Assembly: GCA_031763465.1 (NCBI GenBank)
Contig: JARFOE010000100.1
Coordinates: 15,020,547 to 15,061,123, forward strand
DNA from: Squatina squatina
Taxonomy: Eukaryota
DNA length: 40,577 nucleotides
Direction: 5' to 3'
Part shown: piece after piece, positions 36,094-40,577 of the stretch
Layout: each line of letters starts with the position of its first letter
How positions within the stretch are numbered: the first letter of the stretch is position 1
Notes under the pieces: model-generated
Seen by the model: the letters and a program-made list of their open reading frames with translations, nothing else
Told to the model about the DNA's origin: nothing
The model's database searches: none
Made by a program: the position numbers and the translations under genes

Positions 36094-38467
36094 AGCCATC
36101 AGTTCTTTCTGAAAAGACTTCTTTTCCTTGTTCTCAGTGTCATTACAGTCCTCCTTCAGTTTTTCCAGTACAGATGCCACGCGCTCTGGTTCGCTGTCTA
36201 TCTCTGTCCGGCAGAAATGCACGAGTGGCATGTTTTTGTAACCCAGGGCGTCCGCAAATGCTCTCCAGCTACTGATATTTTCCATAAGTGTCATCCTTAC
36301 AGAGGCATAGATGTAAGTCAGAAACTTGCTGGGGCGCAGGATCTGCTCCAAGAGCATAGAGGTAGTGAGATCAGGCCCATGAAAGAAGCTCGGCTTAATT
36401 TTCCCAACTACCAATACATTTTTGGCATGCACAAGCCCCATCTTTCCTTGGTAGTACCCAGTGTACCACTCTTTCGTTCGCAGTTGTCCTTTCAACTTAA
36501 TCNNNNNNNNNNNNNNNNNNNNNNNNNNNNNNNNNNNNNNNNNNNNNNNNNNNNNNNNNNNNNNNNNNNNNNNNNNNNNNNNNNNNNNNNNNNNNNNNNN
36601 NNNNNNNNNNNNNNNNNNNNNNNNNNNNNNNNNNNNNNNNNNNNNNNNNNNNNNNNNNNNNNNNNNNNNNNNNNNNNNNNNNNNNNNNNNNNNNNNNNNN
36701 NNNNNNNNCACTGTTTCGTGTTCCAGACTTTGGAGGCGGTTGTGGTGTCCTCACACAGAACTGCGTAATTATCACCTCCTGGTCATCCTTGACCTGGATC
36801 CTTAGTGTGAAGTCGGAAAGTTCTTCACGGATGCGCGAATGAATGGGAAAGATGAGACGGCTGACCTTTCCAAGCTTCACTTGAAATCCACGGACAACCT
36901 TAACTTGGTCAGATGGTTTGACCTCATAGTTGGAAATATTAGGATGTATGCTTNNNNNNNNNNGTCCTGGGGCTTTGCTAACACAAACTGGTGCTTGCCC
37001 CACAGCTGCAACGCCACTGGTGGTACACTCAAAACCACTCGGCTTACTTCACTTACTAACAATGACTTGGGTGCACTATCATGCCCAAAAACAGCTACCA
37101 CTGTCTTGAATGAAGGATGGATATGCTTTGGCCCATAAACCCCAACCGTGACATTTTTGTTAATGCAGTCCCACACGGTGGCAGGGTATTGCAGTGACCT
37201 GGCCTGAGAAACCACAACAACATACATGCAAGGCTCCAAATTGTCCAATTGCACCTGCACTGTATCGCCATAGTGATAGACCTGAGGCATTGGTGAGAAT
37301 GGTCCATCTTTGCTGTCACTGCACAGGCAGGTTATCTCAGCATCCTTCTTGCTCACTGCATCTTCTTTTAACTCGGCAGAAATTTTCATTTCCAAGGTAA
37401 GGAATGTTTTGACTTCCATGTTGCTTAATTTGATCTCAACCACAGGGCTAATGGTTGTACATTTATCATTGTTCAACTCTACAGGANNNNNNNNNNTACA
37501 GGAGGATCCAACAAGGCCTTCATCGAAATCTGCTGGGTTTCTCCTAGAGAGACATGTCCTTCTGGTACATGAATACTGATATTGGTGTCTGGAAGTTGAA
37601 CTGCTCCACCTGTGCTGTCCAGCTTACATGCAATATTAGTCTCCACAGGCTGAGTCTGACCCCAGCCAGGATTTTGTCCCAGAGAGTCCAGGTCGTGGCA
37701 TGAACGTGCCAGCTTCCTGTGGTTAAGCCATGCTGTTCGGAAGTCCTCCCTGCTCTTGAACTGTTCAGGGTCTGGAGACTGCATGCCTGTGAAGAAGCCA
37801 GTCGAGGAAGGTGCATCAGACTTGGCTTGCAAGACTGAAAGCTCAGACATACTGTACGATCGCTTGCTCCTGAAAAATGGATTGTTCCGACTCAGTAGTG
37901 GATCAAATTCGGCCTTTGAACTGGTTAATGGGTCTTCCTCAAAAATACTATTAGCTGTTAATGTTTTGGAACCAGTATAAGATGGTGTTAATGAGTCAAA
38001 TAGAAGTAGATCCACTTCTGATTTAGCTACCTGTTCACTGTTGGAACTGACACTATGCACGTTCCCATCTAGAAATGGATTGGAGGATGCAAAGCCATTC
38101 AAAAATGGATTGTTACGTTGGGGTTTTGTAGACATTTTGTCAAAGGTATCTCCCCACTCTCCAAGTAAATCCATCTCTTTGGCACCTTCATCAGAACTGT
38201 CCCCAACGTTATCCACCATTCCACTGTCTCGGAGGGCGGAACTTCTGCCAACAGGCTGAACATAGGAAGCAGGAATGTAGCCCATTTCAGTATTGTTGTG
38301 GGCATACCACCATTCAGGGCCAGAGGTGTCCAAGACATACAAAAGATCCCCCTTGTTAAATTTGAGTGTTGTAAAATTAGTGGGACAGTAATCCTTGATA
38401 GCCACAACTTCACGTGCATCTCCAAAAGATGTAGATGTATCCAAACGTAAGGTACTAGGAGAAGGCA
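36094..38467 (-). CDS. SH3BP4: SH3BP4 large internal exon (SH3, NPF motifs, clathrin box, ZU5/UPA, second SH3, start of death domain), interrupted by three N gaps
   Basis: Acceptor aatttgcag|TG CCT at 38467 and donor GCT|gtgagt at 36094. Contains SH3 [30 protein letters not shown], three NPF motifs, [16 protein letters not shown]5 [18 protein letters not shown] and [10 protein letters not shown]. Confidence 0.97.
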
Positions 38468-38671
38468 CTGCAAATTTTAGAAAGAGAAGGCAGGGTTACA
38501 AGTATCCTTAAGGATCAGGATGATGCCTTTTGACATTAAAAATACATTTAACCATTTCAAGCAAACATATTCATCAAGTCAAGACAAATCTAAGTACAGC
38601 ATAAGGTAAAATACATCCCTGGACATCAAAATTCTTGCAAATTGATTAATGTACAGTTGTAGTCTTGCAAA

Positions 38672-38722
38672 CAGAATGAATGATACCATACAGGAGGCCA
38701 TTCGGCCCATCGTGCCTATGGC
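38672..38722 (-). mobile_element. CR1-clade LINE extreme 3' end
   Basis: acaggaggccattcggcccatcgtgcct, cut by a gap. Confidence 0.65.
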
Positions 38723-39689
38723 NNNNNNNNNNNNNNNNNNNNNNNNNNNNNNNNNNNNNNNNNNNNNNNNNNNNNNNNNNNNNNNNNNNNNNNNNNNNNN
38801 NNNNNNNNNNNNNNNNNNNNNNCCAGTTAGAGTCCCGTTTGAGTAATTTTGAGCAGAGTCAGACAGAACTTGTGGGTTTAACTGATGAAAAGAAGACTGT
38901 GAAGAGCTCATCAAAATCACAACACATCAAAGGAAAAACTTAAGTATTCAATTTTCATTTGCCTGTATTGAAAACTTTTTCTGTTAGTAATCAAGATGTA
39001 TTTTAAGACAGTGCGTCACTAACAGTTTAATATTTAAGGATTTCTGGATCCATAATCAAAAGGAAATTAAAATTTGAAGCTGAGATGCAATCCCAAAAAT
39101 ATTGATTATCCATAGATTGAAACGAAACTTCCTCAAAGTCTTTTATCAATTTGAAGTTCTGCTTCTCACCTTCATTATTATTTCATCTGCTTTGCCATGA
39201 GCTACAGCATCAGGTTTGATGATTGCCACAGTGTAAGCCTTGTTGGCAGCAACTGCATTAAAGTAAAACAGATATCGTGACTCACACAAAGAACTGTTTT
39301 TAGAAAACAGTTCAAGAACTTTTCAAGCAGATTTAAAGACTGATAACAACAGCATTGNNNNNNNNNNNNNNNNNNNNNNNNNNNNNNNNNNNNNNNNNNN
39401 NNNNNNNNNNNNNNNNNNNNNNNNNNNNNNNNNNNNNNNNNNNNNNNNNNNNNNNNNCCCGGAGAGGCCCAGGACTGTTGAATCTCCGTACCTCCCAGAC
39501 CACCAGGTATGTGGGCATTTTACTAGTTGATCGGAGGCATTTTCCTGCAGGAAGCCTCCAACTGCAAATTCAGGGCCATTGTGTCATCTATGTGACTGAA
39601 TTGAAAAATGACCTGGATTTTGAGTACAGTGATCAGTTGGTGAGATGAGACTGTTCCATAGTAAATGTTTATAACTTTTTGTCTTGCAG

Positions 39690-39722
39690 GATAGAGTAGA
39701 TGCAGGATTGCCCACTGCTGTT
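39690..39722 (+). CDS. VPS8: 33-nt micro-exon of VPS8 (CORVET subunit)
   Basis: Acceptor actttttgtcttgcag, donor GTT|gtaagt, phase 0 to 0. Encodes DRVDAGLPTAV versus remembered human VPS8 DKVDAGLPTAI. Confidence 0.8.
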
Positions 39723-40005
39723 GTAAGTACACTACTGTATATAATCATACAATCCTATATTATGGTGTTGACTAAATACTTTGTGTTAAAATATGTGCAG
39801 AATTTACATATGTAAGGCAAGTAGAAAAATTGTTGCGAGGTGAGTAGAGTTGGTTATTTTATAAACTATGGATCTGTTTAGGATAGTGACCAAATTAGCT
39901 AAGATTGTGAATGAAAAACTGCAGTCTCTTGTGCAGAAGGAAGTTAGTCGCTTTTCTTTGTCTGAGTTCTGTAGCACAGTCTTTGGGGACCGAGGTTTCG
40001 TTGAT

Positions 40006-40020
40006 CAGGGGTTCTCAACC
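40006..40020. mobile_element. Possible single hAT-Charlie-type terminal inverted repeat
   Basis: CAGGGGTTCTCAACC matches Charlie-family termini. No partner TIR found. Confidence 0.3.
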
Positions 40021-40509
40021 GAGTGTCGTCAGTGAGAAGATTTGAAGTGGTCCACCAAATCAAAATCTTTCAATAATAAAATCCTTTTAAAAGTCCCATT
40101 CTGCGAGCAGGGTCAACAAAAAACGAACAAGATTGATCACTTCCGATGTCAGTGGTGTCCCGTTTATTACTAAGCATGAGACATCGAAATGGGCTTGATA
40201 TTTCTTTTTTACCCGCCTCCACAAAAAAAAGTTTAATTCAGTGCACCGATGCGTGGTTGGGTCGTTGTACCGCTGCGGCTTATGTTGTAGGAGAGGAGAT
40301 GCCACTCCCTCTCCTACCCCAGATCCATTAGTGACCGTTGGTGGAGGGTTCTTTTCCTGGAAGATCGCGTGACATGCGTTCTCCTGCTAGCCATAATTAA
40401 ATCGGGTCAGTGGAGCAACAGTTGAGGTTTGATGTTCGTTTTGTTGGGTAATGGGCTGAAAGTTAACTAGAGTGTTGGCAAATGTTTGCTGACTTCACCT
40501 TACGCTCTT

Positions 40510-40577
40510 TATTAGTGTCGGCTCCTGAGTGTGAAGTTTGTGGGTTCAAATCTCACACCAAGGACTTGAGCACATTA
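40510..40577 (+). mobile_element. tRNA-derived head of a Deu SINE running off the window
   Basis: ctgagtgtgaagtttgtgggttcaaatctcacaccaaggacttgagcaca matches the head of 2725-3332 with an uninterrupted B box. Confidence 0.7.

Noticed and set aside
39458-39506. Possible exon end PERPRTVESPYLPDHQ|gtatgt upstream of the VPS8 micro-exon
   Set aside because: The preceding VPS8 sequence should end ...AQIVSAA, which does not match, and the segment is cut by a gap.
40287-40317. 10-bp perfect hairpin gtaggagagg/cctctcctac
   Set aside because: Too short for a pre-miRNA, low-complexity arms, and possibly part of a transposon remnant.

Overview
Vertebrate genomic DNA, most likely from a shark or other chondrichthyan judging by the repeat families and protein divergence. 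The assembly is very fragmented: contigs of mostly 1-2 kb are joined by about 30 N-gaps, most exactly 100 N. Recognisable exons are one FAM193A exon (+), the large and terminal SH3BP4 exons (-), a 33-nt VPS8 micro-exon (+) missed by the ORF track, and two phase-compatible + strand exons of a gene I cannot name. From memory, FAM193A, SH3BP4 and VPS8 are not neighbours in other vertebrates, so the scaffold is probably a mosaic of unlinked contigs. The rest is intronic or intergenic DNA rich in mobile elements: CR1, L2 and RTE LINE fragments, Penelope elements with hammerhead-ribozyme-like motifs, Deu-domain SINEs (one with a 172-bp hAT MITE inserted in its B box), an older SINE family and Harbinger remnants. 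There is also a 13-bp minisatellite and a CAT-derived repeat. I see no prokaryotic-type system, CRISPR array, or rRNA/tRNA gene, and no convincing novel biological system. All gene and repeat names come from remembered sequences, not database searches.
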